The notes: generated by a model not told the origin, from the letters alone. A stretch of DNA of 64,000 bases from an uncultured Phycisphaerales bacterium (GCA_963718665.1 OY970359.1:608001-672000); one strand, 5' to 3'. Shown: positions 50,685 to 60,786, counted from the stretch's first letter. Program-made: numbers and translations.

Positions 50685-51058
50685 TCCGTCGCCTCCCGAC
50701 AACCGCCTGTCTGAATATGGCTCATTATGTTCTCCTCTGTTGCCTTGTCCCCTCCCCGCCAAAGCTCCCCTCATTATACCCTTTTAAATCCCCTTTTCAA
50801 GCGGTTCCCGCCTGTGGCAGGCTTTACTTTGATATTGGGCATTGGATATTCGATATTGGACATTCAATTCAGTCCTCCATCCACCTTAACTCAAAACTAA
50901 ACACTAAAAACCCCTTCTCCCTTCTAACTTCTGCCTTCCCCTTTCTCGATGGCTGAAAAATACTTGCCTTGCCCTGCCGGCAGGGATTATACTTCCCCAA
51001 AGAAAGCGGCTCAAAATAGCGAGATTGAAATAATGTCTGTTTTTGGAGGTCTATCAAA

Positions 51059-51841
51059 ATGAAAGCATTACCTTACATCCTGTTAATGTTGCTGGCGGTG
51101 GTATGGCCAAATAATGCCCGTGCCGCCGTCAAAACCCAAACCGTCGAATACAAAGACGGCAATACCGTCCTCGAAGGTTACCTTGCCTACGATGACGCCC
51201 TCAAAGGAAAACTGCCCGCCGTTTTAGTCGTGCACGAATGGACAGGTGTCGGTCCCTATGTTAAAAACAGGGCCGAGCAGTTGGCCGCCCTCGGCTATGT
51301 CGCCTTCGCCATCGATATTTACGGCAAAGGCGTCCGCCCCGCCAACACAACCGAAGCCGCAAAACAGGCGGCCATTTACCGCGCCGACAGACAACTTATG
51401 CGCCGGCGCGCCCTCGCAGGCCTTGAGCAGGTCAAAAAATACCCTTTTGTTGACCCCGACAAAATAGCCGCTATCGGTTATTGTTTCGGCGGAGGCGTTG
51501 TGCTTGAAATGGCTCGCAGCGGAGCCGACCTCAAAGGCGTCGTCAGTTTTCACGGCAATCTCGATACGCCGAACCCCGCCGACGCGAACAATATCAAGGC
51601 CAAAGTGCTCGTTTGCCACGGCGCTGACGACCCTTATGTCCAGCAGGAACAGGTTACCGCCTTCTGGAGCCAGATGCGTAATACGAAAGTTGACTGGCAA
51701 TTGATTATCTTCGCCAACGCCGTCCACGGCTTTACAAACCCCGATAATGGCAGCGACCCCTCCAAAGGCGCCGCCTATAACAAAAAAGCCGATATGCGCT
51801 CCTGGCTGGCTATGAAAGATTTCTTCAAAGAAATATTCTGA
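51059..51841 (+). CDS. Dienelactone hydrolase family protein (exported)
   Basis: HEW.G, GYCFGG, SFHG, HGADD, HGFT. Confidence 0.92.
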   Translation: MKALPYILLMLLAVVWPNNARAAVKTQTVEYKDGNTVLEGYLAYDDALKGKLPAVLVVHEWTGVGPYVKNRAEQLAALGYVAFAIDIYGKGVRPANTTEAAKQAAIYRADRQLMRRRALAGLEQVKKYPFVDPDKIAAIGYCFGGGVVLEMARSGADLKGVVSFHGNLDTPNPADANNIKAKVLVCHGADDPYVQQEQVTAFWSQMRNTKVDWQLIIFANAVHGFTNPDNGSDPSKGAAYNKKADMRSWLAMKDFFKEIF

Positions 51842-52024
51842 ACCTGACTAAAATTCGCATTTTCGCTATCGGCTCGTTTAGCCCTCAGGTTTACCCGCCG
51901 TTTGTGTGGCGGGCCTGCCTGGGGGTTTACCCTCTGTAGTTCGCAGAACGAAGGAGGGTCATAAAAATCCGCGTCTTATTAATTTCTTTCGGCCAATTTC
52001 GGCAAAATTGCCCATTTTCCGCCC

Positions 52025-52053
52025 TTGACGCCAAAGGCCGAAAAAGGTATCAT
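52025..52053 (+). promoter_or_regulatory. Putative sigma70 promoter of ppdK
   Basis: TTGACG-N17-TATCAT. Confidence 0.6.
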
Positions 52054-52144
52054 TTCAAACTTTGTTTTGAATCGTAAACTTCCCTGTAAAAGGGCATAAT
52101 TCCGCTTATATGCGGGTATGCGGTGAATTTATTAAAAGGAGAAA

Positions 52145-54865
52145 ATGATAATGGCGAACAAAATGGTGTATTTCTTCGGCGGGGGCTCGGGCGAAGGAAA
52201 TGCGAAAATGAAGAACCTCCTCGGCGGCAAAGGAGCTAATCTTGCCGAAATGGCCAACCTCGGCGTGCCCGTCCCGCCGGGCTTCACAATCACTACAGAG
52301 GTCTGCACTCATTACTATCAGAACAAAAAATCCTATCCCAAGGGCCTCAAGGAAAAGGTCGATGAGGCGATGCGCAGAATCGAAAAAATTATGGGCAAAA
52401 AATTCGGCGACCCCGCCGACCCTCTTCTGATGTCCGTCCGTTCCGGCGCCCGCAAATCCATGCCGGGAATGATGGAAACTGTTTTGAACGTCGGACTAAC
52501 TACACAGACAATACCAGGATTGATTGCCAAGAGCGGCAATGAGCGGTTTGTGTATGACGCGTATCGGCGGCTGATAATGATGTACTCGGACGTCGTGATG
52601 GAAAAGGCGGCGGGCATTGAGCCAAAGGATGACGAGGGGATTCGCAAACAGCTCGAAAAGATAATGGACCACCTCAAAGAACAAAAGGGCTACAAGACCG
52701 ATACGGATATGGACGCCATAGACCTCAAGAACCTCTGCGAACTGTTCAAGAGCAGGGTCAGAGAAGTATTGGGCAAGGATTTCCCTGATGACCCCAACGC
52801 TCAGCTCTGGGGCGGCATCACAGCGGTGTTCGCTTCGTGGAACGGCAGACGGGCCATCAGCTATCGCAAAATCGAAGGCATCCCCGATGAATGGGGCACA
52901 GCAGTAAACGTGCAAACAATGGTGTTTGGCAATATGGGCGAGAAATCAGCCACCGGCGTCGCGTTCACACGCAACCCCGGCAACGGCGAAAACTATTTCT
53001 ACGGCGAATACTTAGTCAATGCCCAGGGCGAAGACGTCGTCGCGGGCACCAGAACGCCGGCCCCGGTCAATGAGGATTCAAAGAGCGACCACAACAAGGA
53101 GCTGGTATCGCTCGAAAAGGGAATGCCAAAGATTTACAAGGAACTATACGCCACTCAGAAGAAACTCGAAAAGCATTACCGCGATATGCTGGATATCGAA
53201 TTCACAATCGAAAGCGAGCGGTTCTGGATGCTTCAGTGCCGAGTGGGCAAACGCAATGGCCCGGCGGCGGTGCGTATGGCTGTCGATATGGTAAAAGAAA
53301 AGCTCATCAAGAAGGAAGAGGCGGTAACTCGCGTTACGCCGGACCAGTTGGATGAGCTTCTGCACCCGATTATTGACCCCAAGGCGGAAAAGGCAAGCAA
53401 GATAATAGGAAAAGGATTGCCGGCGGGGCCGGGCGGCGCAGTCGGACAGATTGTGTTCTCCGCTCAAACAGCCGTTGACTGGAAAAAGTCGGGCAAGGAC
53501 GTCCTTTTAGTCCGTGAAGAAACAAACCCCGAAGACGTCGAAGGTATGAGAGCCGCACAGGGCATCCTGACTGCACGCGGCGGTATGACCTCACACGCGG
53601 CGCTGGTCGCTCGCGGCTGGGGCAAATGCTGCGTCGTCGGATGCAGCGCAATCGAAGTCGATTACGGCAAAAAAGAATTGCACATCGCAGGCAAAATCCT
53701 TAAGGAAGGCGACTGGCTCACGCTCAACGGCACAAAGGGCGCGGTTTACGAAGGCAAACTGCCGATGCTCGACGACACCGCGGAAAACGTCCTGCTCAAC
53801 AGCTTCCTCAAGATTTGCGACAGTATCAGGAAACTCGGCGTGCGCACCAACGCGGATACGCCCGAAGATGCTCAGAAGGCAAAACAGCTCGGCGCAGAAG
53901 GTATCGGCCTATTCAGGACCGAGCATATGTTCTACGGCAAAGGTTCCGATGAGCCGTTGTTTATCCTGCGTAAGATGATTGTCTCGAAGAACAAAGCGGA
54001 AAGACAAAAGGCGCTGGATGAGCTGTTCCCGTATGTTAAGAAAGCGATTAAGGGGACACTCGCGGCGATGGATAATCTGCCCGTTGTGATTCGTCTGCTC
54101 GACCCGCCTCTTCACGAGTTTGTGCCTGAGGACCAGGAAAAGCGAGAGCAATTGGCTAAAGAGCTGAATATATCGCTTGAGGACCTCGCAAAGAGAGCCG
54201 AGGCGATTCACGAAACCAACCCGATGATGGGACATCGCGGCGTGCGATTAGGCATCACGTATCCGGAAGTCAGCGAAATGCAGATTCGGGCGATTTTCGA
54301 GTCGGCAGCGGAACTGATTAAGGAAGGCAAAAAGCCCTATCCGGAGATTATGATTCCCGTTGTCTGCGACGTGAAGGAATTGAAGAACCAGCTCGATATG
54401 GCAAGAGCAATTTACAAACAGGTCGTCGCCAGGATGGGCGTAAAGAAGATTCGCCACAAATTAGGCACGATGATTGAAATACCGAGAGCGGCCTTAGTCG
54501 CCAACCAAATCGCCACAGAAGCGGAATTCTTCTCATTCGGCACCAACGACCTTACGCAGATGACGTTTGGTTTCTCACGCGACGACATCGGCGGATTCGT
54601 GCCTGATTATCTCAAGCAGGGAATACTGCCGGGAGACCCCTTCCAGAGTATCGACCAAATCGGCGTCGGCGAACTGATTAAGATTGCTATCGAGCGAGGC
54701 AGAAAGACACGCAAAGACCTCGAAATCGGCATCTGCGGCGAACACGGCGGAGACCCCGCAAGCGTCGAGTTCTGCCACAAGGTCAAGATGAATTACGTGT
54801 CCTGCTCGCCGTTCAGGGTACCAATCGCAAGATTGGCGGCGGCACAGGCGGTGGTAAACGAGTAA
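52145..54865 (+). CDS. ppdK: Pyruvate, phosphate dikinase
   Basis: LGGKGANLAEM, SMPGMM, GGMTSHAA, FSFGTNDLTQ, CGEHGG. Confidence 0.98.
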   Translation: MIMANKMVYFFGGGSGEGNAKMKNLLGGKGANLAEMANLGVPVPPGFTITTEVCTHYYQNKKSYPKGLKEKVDEAMRRIEKIMGKKFGDPADPLLMSVRSGARKSMPGMMETVLNVGLTTQTIPGLIAKSGNERFVYDAYRRLIMMYSDVVMEKAAGIEPKDDEGIRKQLEKIMDHLKEQKGYKTDTDMDAIDLKNLCELFKSRVREVLGKDFPDDPNAQLWGGITAVFASWNGRRAISYRKIEGIPDEWGTAVNVQTMVFGNMGEKSATGVAFTRNPGNGENYFYGEYLVNAQGEDVVAGTRTPAPVNEDSKSDHNKELVSLEKGMPKIYKELYATQKKLEKHYRDMLDIEFTIESERFWMLQCRVGKRNGPAAVRMAVDMVKEKLIKKEEAVTRVTPDQLDELLHPIIDPKAEKASKIIGKGLPAGPGGAVGQIVFSAQTAVDWKKSGKDVLLVREETNPEDVEGMRAAQGILTARGGMTSHAALVARGWGKCCVVGCSAIEVDYGKKELHIAGKILKEGDWLTLNGTKGAVYEGKLPMLDDTAENVLLNSFLKICDSIRKLGVRTNADTPEDAQKAKQLGAEGIGLFRTEHMFYGKGSDEPLFILRKMIVSKNKAERQKALDELFPYVKKAIKGTLAAMDNLPVVIRLLDPPLHEFVPEDQEKREQLAKELNISLEDLAKRAEAIHETNPMMGHRGVRLGITYPEVSEMQIRAIFESAAELIKEGKKPYPEIMIPVVCDVKELKNQLDMARAIYKQVVARMGVKKIRHKLGTMIEIPRAALVANQIATEAEFFSFGTNDLTQMTFGFSRDDIGGFVPDYLKQGILPGDPFQSIDQIGVGELIKIAIERGRKTRKDLEIGICGEHGGDPASVEFCHKVKMNYVSCSPFRVPIARLAAAQAVVNE

Positions 54866-54904
54866 GTCGTTAGTAGATAGTCGATAGTTGTTAGTCGTTA
54901 ATAT

Positions 54905-54938
54905 AAAAGCCCCGTCGAAAGATGGGGCTTTTTCTTTT
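54905..54938 (+). terminator. Intrinsic (bidirectional) terminator
   Basis: AAAAGCCCC-gtcgaaagat-GGGGCTTTT followed by TCTTTT. Confidence 0.85.
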
Positions 54939-55150
54939 CCGCCTATTATTTATTACAAAAACCAAAGTTGTCCTTGAAACGATTGGCAGGAAGCGTAAAA
55001 TTGGTTAGTACGCTTATAATGTCAGTATGGCATCTTAACGCGAGATTTTCGGGCCTGTTTATCAAAATCGGTCAGGCAATCAAAGAATTGCTGAAACACA
55101 ATAATCATAGAGGATGAAAAAAAGTTACAGGGTTATATATTTTTAAGGAG

Positions 55151-55423
55151 ATGATTATGAAACTCAATGTGAAGGCATTTGCGCTTGTCTGCGGGCTGAT
55201 GTGGGGATTCGGGGTATTTTGCCTCGCGTGGTGGGTAATGCTGTTCGAGGGCGCAACGAAAGAAGTAACCTTGCTCGGCCATCTGTATCGCGGGTTTAAC
55301 ATCAGTCCTTTAGGCAGCGTAATAGGGCTTGTCTGGGCGTTTTTTGACGGGCTTATCGGCGGAGCAATCTTCGCCTGGCTCTATAATAAACTGGCAACCG
55401 CCTGTCCCGGCAAGCAAACGTAA
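55151..55423 (+). CDS. Small two-TM membrane protein
   Basis: AAGGAG RBS; two hydrophobic helices; F.DG...G...AWLYN. Confidence 0.75.
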   Translation: MIMKLNVKAFALVCGLMWGFGVFCLAWWVMLFEGATKEVTLLGHLYRGFNISPLGSVIGLVWAFFDGLIGGAIFAWLYNKLATACPGKQT

Positions 55424-55754
55424 GGGATTCTTGATTTGAGATTTCGGATTGCGGATTGCGCCTTCGCCGGAAAAACTTTTACATTGGGCGTTGTATATTC
55501 AATATTGGACATTGTTCCGTCCTCTGTCTTCCGTCATCTGTCTTCTGCCTGCCCTGAGCTTGTCGAAGGGCTGCCCGCTGTACGCTGTACGCTACACGCT
55601 GAACGCTGCTTCGCTCTTGACTCTTCGTAGCGCAGCGGAGATTCCCGAGTGCTGCTACCTGGCCATAGAACAGGGAATCCAAGTTGACAATATCCGGCCA
55701 ACATACTAAATTGATGACAAATAATGGTGGGTATTATTGTGATAGGTAGACGAT

Positions 55755-56624
55755 ATGAAGAAAAAACTGATTGACTACTCTCAATATATAGTGAGACATG
55801 CAGCGCCTTTAGTAGAAGAAATGAATGGTCGAGGGGGGAGGTATGCCGATTGTGTCGAAGATAATAGAAAGGCCGAGGAATACAATAAAAAACATTATTA
55901 TGGGAAACGAGGCTTCTGTCCATTTTGCAGACATAATATACCAAAAATTAATGACGGATTACATAAAGGAATAAGCTATTATGATGTCTGGTCATGTCCA
56001 ATTTGTGGCTGGTGGGAAATTGAAAAACAAGAGTTTGGGATTCCAGCTGCAGGCCATCCAACCACGCAAGAATATAATTTTCAAGCAATAGTCAGAGCTT
56101 TTGATGTATCCGATAGGGAGCTACCCGAAGATATTCTTTTAACACATTTAAGAAAAGAGGCATCCATATTATATGACATACACCCTCGTAAGATGGAGGA
56201 AATAGTAAAATATGTATTTAGCAGTTATTATTCATGTGATGTAATACACTGTGGTAAATCACATGATGGTGGAGTTGACCTTATTATGATTGATTCTGAC
56301 GAGCCAACATTGATTCAGGTAAAGCGAAGACAAAATCCGGATTACATTGAATCAGTTTCTGCGATACGCGAATTCTTAGGTGCATTATTAATAAACAGAT
56401 CAAGGAAAGGTATTTTTGTTTCAACAACCGACCATTACTCCAAAGAGACTATTAAAACCATAAATATGATCCTAAAGGAAGATGTTGTCACGAGATTTGA
56501 GTTGATAGATTTCAAGAAATTTACGGCAATATTGAACATTATAAGAACTGAAAAAGATGAACCTATGGGTAAAACTAATAGAGTAGCTCTGCCTAACAAC
56601 CGGTTCAAGAAGGAATGGCATTAA
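55755..56624 (+). CDS. Mrr-like restriction endonuclease with N-terminal zinc ribbon
   Basis: CPFC..CPICGWW; P..MEE.V, DGGVD, IQVKR, IREFLGA, KGIFVST; AT-rich. Confidence 0.85.
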   Translation: MKKKLIDYSQYIVRHAAPLVEEMNGRGGRYADCVEDNRKAEEYNKKHYYGKRGFCPFCRHNIPKINDGLHKGISYYDVWSCPICGWWEIEKQEFGIPAAGHPTTQEYNFQAIVRAFDVSDRELPEDILLTHLRKEASILYDIHPRKMEEIVKYVFSSYYSCDVIHCGKSHDGGVDLIMIDSDEPTLIQVKRRQNPDYIESVSAIREFLGALLINRSRKGIFVSTTDHYSKETIKTINMILKEDVVTRFELIDFKKFTAILNIIRTEKDEPMGKTNRVALPNNRFKKEWH

Positions 56625-56741
56625 GCTGCCGCTCCATTCCAGGACATCAGCCAACCCATTATCATCCGTTGTTTGTCCGCCTAAGGCGGATAAATTTTTA
56701 ATCAGTTCGGTGGTACAGAACGTAATTTGCAAGGAGCATTG

Positions 56742-57698
56742 ATGAAAAAAAGTGGATGGCGTGCCGTCCCTACCCACGAAAAGACATTCACTGGGCTCCT
56801 GAATGATGAGTTTCTCTGCCTCGACGCGAATTACCCCAGGTGCTTACCTGATTTTGAGGACGCCAGAACGCTTCTGCTCGGTTCTGATTACAGCGGAGAA
56901 CATTCGGAAGCTCCATACACGGTGTACTCCTTTCTAATGACGTCTTTGGAGTCTTGGGCGGATTGGGAGCCGGTTCGACTCCGCGTGAGACAAACATATC
57001 TACGTGACTCACGGCGAATGTCGTACAAGCGTCTGAGTGATGGGCAGAGAAGACAAGCCCTGATTCCATTACTGGAGTCTGCAAATACCCTAAGGGGCTT
57101 GTCGTTTTCTGTCGCAATGAACAAGCAATGTGCCTCTATTTTTGCCGCCAACTCACCCCTAGACCTGAATAATCCTCAGTTTGCCGCTTATCAGAAATGG
57201 AAACCAGCAGTTCTCAACAAAGCGTTTTTTGTGTTGCACGTTTTTGGTGTTTTGCTGGCCGGTCTTGCTTCGACTGGGCAAAACGTGATGTGGTTCACTG
57301 ATGAGGACAGCATAGCCGCCAATGATGATCGAGTACGTGAACTGACGCAACTGTTTGCGTGGATAAGCAGCCAATATCTTACATTATCGCTCGGGCACTG
57401 CCGATGCGGCACAAGCAGGTGCGATGATGGTTCTGGTCAGGTCGAGGACTTCCTTGCCATCCCAGACTTAATCGCGGGAGCGATATCAGAGCAACTCTGT
57501 CTCAAGAGTATGGATCCGGCTGAGTTATCGAATGTTTTCTGGATGTCTCGAGGTGATTTCTCGGACAAGACACGGAAGATAACTTGGTGGTTCGCCGATT
57601 CAAAACAACCGCTTAAACGATTTGTGTGCATCGTTGACCCAACTGCTGATGGAAACGGCCATAAACTCAGTTGGTTCCACTTTCACGACCAAAAATGA
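56742..57698 (+). CDS. Hypothetical protein, DUF3800/RNase H-like
   Basis: LLGSDYSG near the N-terminus, FTDED, IPDLIAGA; AAGGAG RBS. Confidence 0.5.
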   Translation: MKKSGWRAVPTHEKTFTGLLNDEFLCLDANYPRCLPDFEDARTLLLGSDYSGEHSEAPYTVYSFLMTSLESWADWEPVRLRVRQTYLRDSRRMSYKRLSDGQRRQALIPLLESANTLRGLSFSVAMNKQCASIFAANSPLDLNNPQFAAYQKWKPAVLNKAFFVLHVFGVLLAGLASTGQNVMWFTDEDSIAANDDRVRELTQLFAWISSQYLTLSLGHCRCGTSRCDDGSGQVEDFLAIPDLIAGAISEQLCLKSMDPAELSNVFWMSRGDFSDKTRKITWWFADSKQPLKRFVCIVDPTADGNGHKLSWFHFHDQK

Positions 57699-58248
57699 CA
57701 GCGGGGGAATAAACAGGGACATTCTGTTTTTGGGGAAAACCCCGCCGAGCGAGAAATAAAACACTAAAAGCACCCCCAGGTAGGCCTGGGGGCTAACCTT
57801 TATCTTTCGGAATATAATCTTCCCTGACGGGCGAAAAAATCTCGGTTGCGGTGCTAATTATTTAAGGAAATAGTGTTAGTTAGCGTAAAACAACTTCGTG
57901 CCCCTTCTTTTTCTTCGTGGTAACGCATTTAAAAACAAGGACTTACGGCAAAAGTCAAATATTTTCCCAAAAATGTTAGATTTTTATTGAATATCATCCG
58001 ATTGTTTAGTAGGATGTGGATTCATCGGCAGATGCCCATTCGACAAGCTCAGGGCAGGCCGGTAGTAGTAGCGCAGAAGCGCACGCATTTCGGGGCAGCA
58101 GTTCCAAGCGGGCAAAAGGACGACAGAATTGAACGTCCAACGCCCAACATCGAACAACGAACATTGAACAATTAAAAACTGGGTCCCCTGCCGCGGAACC
58201 AATGGGGCGGGTTCTCGGGGATCTGCGCTTCGCTCCGAGGAGAGAGGT

Positions 58249-58896
58249 ATGAAGATTCAATTTGCGATTAATGTGCCGAGGCGGTTAGAGGTTGCGCTTG
58301 TATGGGTGGTTTTGAACTATCGCCGATTGCGCTACGGCGAGGCGTTCAGAATCATACCGCTTACAAAAGGATTGCGAGCAATCGTATCGCCTGAAGATTA
58401 CGACCGGCTTGCCGCGTGCAACTGGTGCGCGTCCAAATGCCGACATACAATTTATGCCCAGCGAACAGCCAGAACAACATCTGGCCCAAAAAGGCAGCAT
58501 AACGTGCGAATGCATCGCGAAGTGTTAGGCATCACCGATGACAGGTTCGTTGACCATCAGAATCACAACGGCCTCGACAACCGCCGCTCAAACCTGCGAA
58601 TTACCACACCCGCCCAGAATGGCTGGAATAGAAATAAAACCGCCTCCTCGTGTTCCTCTCGTTTCAAAGGTGTGTGTTGGTCAAGAAAGATGGTCAAATG
58701 GCATGCCCAAATCAAAGAAAACGGCAGACAGACAACTATCGGCTATTTTGACGATGAGGAATCGGCTGCGAGGGCCTATGACGCCAAGGCAAAGGAGCTT
58801 TATGGCCAATATGCTGCGTTGAATTTTCCGGGGCCGGAAAAAGACCCATTGGCCAAATGGAGCAATGCGATTTGCTACGGGAAATTCACAGGATAG
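58249..58896 (+). CDS. HNH endonuclease with AP2 DNA-binding domain
   Basis: MHR, VDH.NHNGLDNRRSNLR..T..QN..N, SRFKGV, IGYF.DE..AARAYD. Confidence 0.9.
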   Translation: MKIQFAINVPRRLEVALVWVVLNYRRLRYGEAFRIIPLTKGLRAIVSPEDYDRLAACNWCASKCRHTIYAQRTARTTSGPKRQHNVRMHREVLGITDDRFVDHQNHNGLDNRRSNLRITTPAQNGWNRNKTASSCSSRFKGVCWSRKMVKWHAQIKENGRQTTIGYFDDEESAARAYDAKAKELYGQYAALNFPGPEKDPLAKWSNAICYGKFTG

Positions 58897-59003
58897 GCAC
58901 AGGCAGTTTTGAGTTCTTAGTGTTTAGTTTTGAGTTAAGAAAAACGGGCCGGGATTGACAATTGCAAATAATCGGTTATGAGTGTAAAATAGTCAATCGT
59001 AGC

Positions 59004-59078
59004 GGTGAGAGTAGCTCAGTTGGATAGAGCATCGGATTGTGGTTCCGAGGGTCGCGGGTTCGAATCCCGTCTTTCACC
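59004..59078 (+). tRNA. tRNA-His (GTG)
   Basis: Cloverleaf with G-1, acceptor GTGAGAG/CTTTCAC, anticodon arm TCGGA-TTGTGGT-TCCGA, GTTCGAATC; CCA not encoded. Confidence 0.96.
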
Positions 59079-59167
59079 CTTTCCCGGTTATCAACAAGGG
59101 ATGAGAACACGCCTGACGCGAAGCGGCAGAGCAGGGTTCGACACGCCGAAGGCGGGCCTCGTTTCGA

Positions 59168-59188
59168 GAATCCCGTCTTTCACCCTTT
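59168..59188 (+). repeat. Direct repeat of the tRNA-His 3' end
   Basis: GAATCCCGTCTTTCACCCTTT also at 59062-59082. Confidence 0.9.
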
Positions 59189-59494
59189 TTTTGGGGTTAG
59201 ATATTGAACGCAGGATATGGCGGATTAACACCAATGACGAATGTTAAACGCCTTCCATCCACAATGCCCGAATCAGCGGTGAATTCATTAATATGACGGC
59301 TGCCAAAAAACCAATAGACAGCAACAGGGGGAACAGTAACACATCTTTGAATACTACATAAATCTTTGACATGGCAAACACTCCTTTTTGTTACAATTGC
59401 CGAACTTATCCCTTATCTGCGTCTTTCCTGACACAGGTATTACTTGCGCGAGCCGGTTGGATTCCAGGCCCGATATTTCCGCGACCAAATAATA

Positions 59495-60130
59495 CTGGGC
59501 CGAACAGGTTTGTTAACCTGACCGGCCCGGCGACTTTCACACTGTTATCTTAAAGCACAATCGCACAAACGATTATGCGAACAGCCATGCTGGGTTCGCC
59601 TGTTTTTGCAAACAAGACCTAACCCAGCGAAGAAAAGGGAGAGAAACTAATTTACCCGCCTCCACTACTACTTTACCCGCCTCCACTACCGTATTACTAT
59701 CGCAAACCTGAGGTCTGCGTTTTTGGACTGCTGGATTTGTGTAGAGAGTCCAAATCCAGCGAAGAAGGGGAGAGAGAATGAGTTTATTACCTTGTCGCGG
59801 CCGATTGACCGCGTATGGTTACGAGCTGGATTTGAGAAGAGAGAGAGTATCAAATCCAGCGAAGAAGGGAGAGAGAATATGTGTAGAATTTGTTATCTTA
59901 ATCACCCCGCTCTAAACAGAGCAGGATGTCGATATTCGTGCCGGGTTCGTTTACCTCGCTTTAGATTATATAATCTGTCTGGGGTAACAAACCCAGCTTG
60001 GGGGGAGAAAACTCCTCGTGAGCTATCTAATCACGGCGAGGGCCGTGCGTGCTCTCAGAAAGATGATGGCTTTTCAAAACCCCGACAGGTCTCGGCGAAA
60101 TCGCCAAGCCGCAGCCGGATAAGCCATCGT
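59495..60130 (-). ncRNA. Candidate multi-module structured ncRNA array (four repeated units)
   Basis: Four GC(T/C)GG(A/G)TT...AA(T/C)CCAGC stems, each flanked by a purine tract on + (CU-rich on -) and a second hairpin. Strand is inferred from the upstream gene. Confidence 0.6.
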
Positions 60131-60133
60131 AAA

Positions 60134-60562
60134 TCAGCCTTCTCTCATTAGCTCCTCAACATTACCAGCAGAAAATAATATTGCCTTGATAGCAACGCCA
60201 TCCTGGATACCGAGCAGATTGGCAACCGTGTCTCTTAAGACATTGTCGGTTGCGTCCTCAGCAAGGACCGCAGAGACGCCCAAAGACCTGGCAGCGATTT
60301 CCTGAGCTTTGCTGCCTGGCTTTACGATGGCAATCGTAGGGATATAGGGTTTAGCCGCTTTGAAAGATTTGAGAAATCTTCCATCGGGCATATCATCCAA
60401 ATCCCATCTGCTGATTACGCTGTTCACCTTTTCATTTTTCAAAGAACGAGCAGCCTCACGACCTGACTGCATTTTTATCAACCTTATCGGCAGTTCCCTT
60501 AACACTTCACTTCTGCCGCCTAAGCCCACTGTTAAAACTGTCGCCTGAACAAGAACTACCAT
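60134..60562 (-). CDS. Atypical single-domain receiver (CheY-like) protein
   Basis: SG.EA...L......VI..WDL.DM..G..L pattern, PTI, A..LGV..VL; canonical acidic residues look altered. Confidence 0.65.
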   Translation of the reverse strand: MVVLVQATVLTVGLGGRSEVLRELPIRLIKMQSGREAARSLKNEKVNSVISRWDLDDMPDGRFLKSFKAAKPYIPTIAIVKPGSKAQEIAARSLGVSAVLAEDATDNVLRDTVANLLGIQDGVAIKAILFSAGNVEELMREG

Positions 60563-60633
60563 CTACGTTCCTAAGTACTCTGCGGCTTATTCGCCTACGG
60601 GTGTTTTTATTTTTTTTCTTCGCTAATATATAA

Positions 60634-60649
60634 AGCGAATGGCGTGCCA
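60634..60649 (-). promoter_or_regulatory. Sigma54 (-24/-12) promoter
   Basis: TGGCACGCCATTCGCT (GG-N10-GC) on the minus strand, about 70 bp upstream of 60562. Confidence 0.7.
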
Positions 60650-60748
60650 GACCGTGCCGCGAAAAAAAGTATTTTTTAAGTCGTTTACAGCAAAGGAGTT
60701 ACATTGGTCGATTTTTACAGAGGCCTTGATAAGGCATAAAACAATTGC

Positions 60749-60786
60749 CGACCATATTGGTCATAGATAGGCGACAATTATTGTCG
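60749..60786. promoter_or_regulatory. Tandem palindromes, candidate enhancer-binding-protein sites
   Basis: GACCA-TAT-TGGTC and CGACAA-TTA-TTGTCG, 100-140 bp upstream of the sigma54 element. Confidence 0.6.

Noticed and set aside
55151..55423. Phage holin / prophage marker
   Set aside because: Small membrane protein with no lysin or other phage genes nearby.
55436..55709. Short ORFs over the repeat-rich intergenic region (also 49324-49542, 57984-58260)
   Set aside because: They are translations of heptamer and REP-like repeats.
56591..56610. attC-like start GCCTAACAACCGGTTCAAG at the end of the Mrr-like gene
   Set aside because: No matching GTTAGGC right end found downstream; at most a remnant.
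59366..59397. TTGACA...TACAAT promoter for + strand transcription of the ncRNA array
   Set aside because: Spacer is 20 bp, too long for sigma70; array strand therefore remains inferred.
59580..60010. CRISPR array
   Set aside because: Repeats are split stem arms with irregular spacing and divergent copies; no cas genes in the window.
59723..60151. 142-aa + strand ORF
   Set aside because: TTG start without RBS; runs through repeated RNA-like stems; no recognisable motif.
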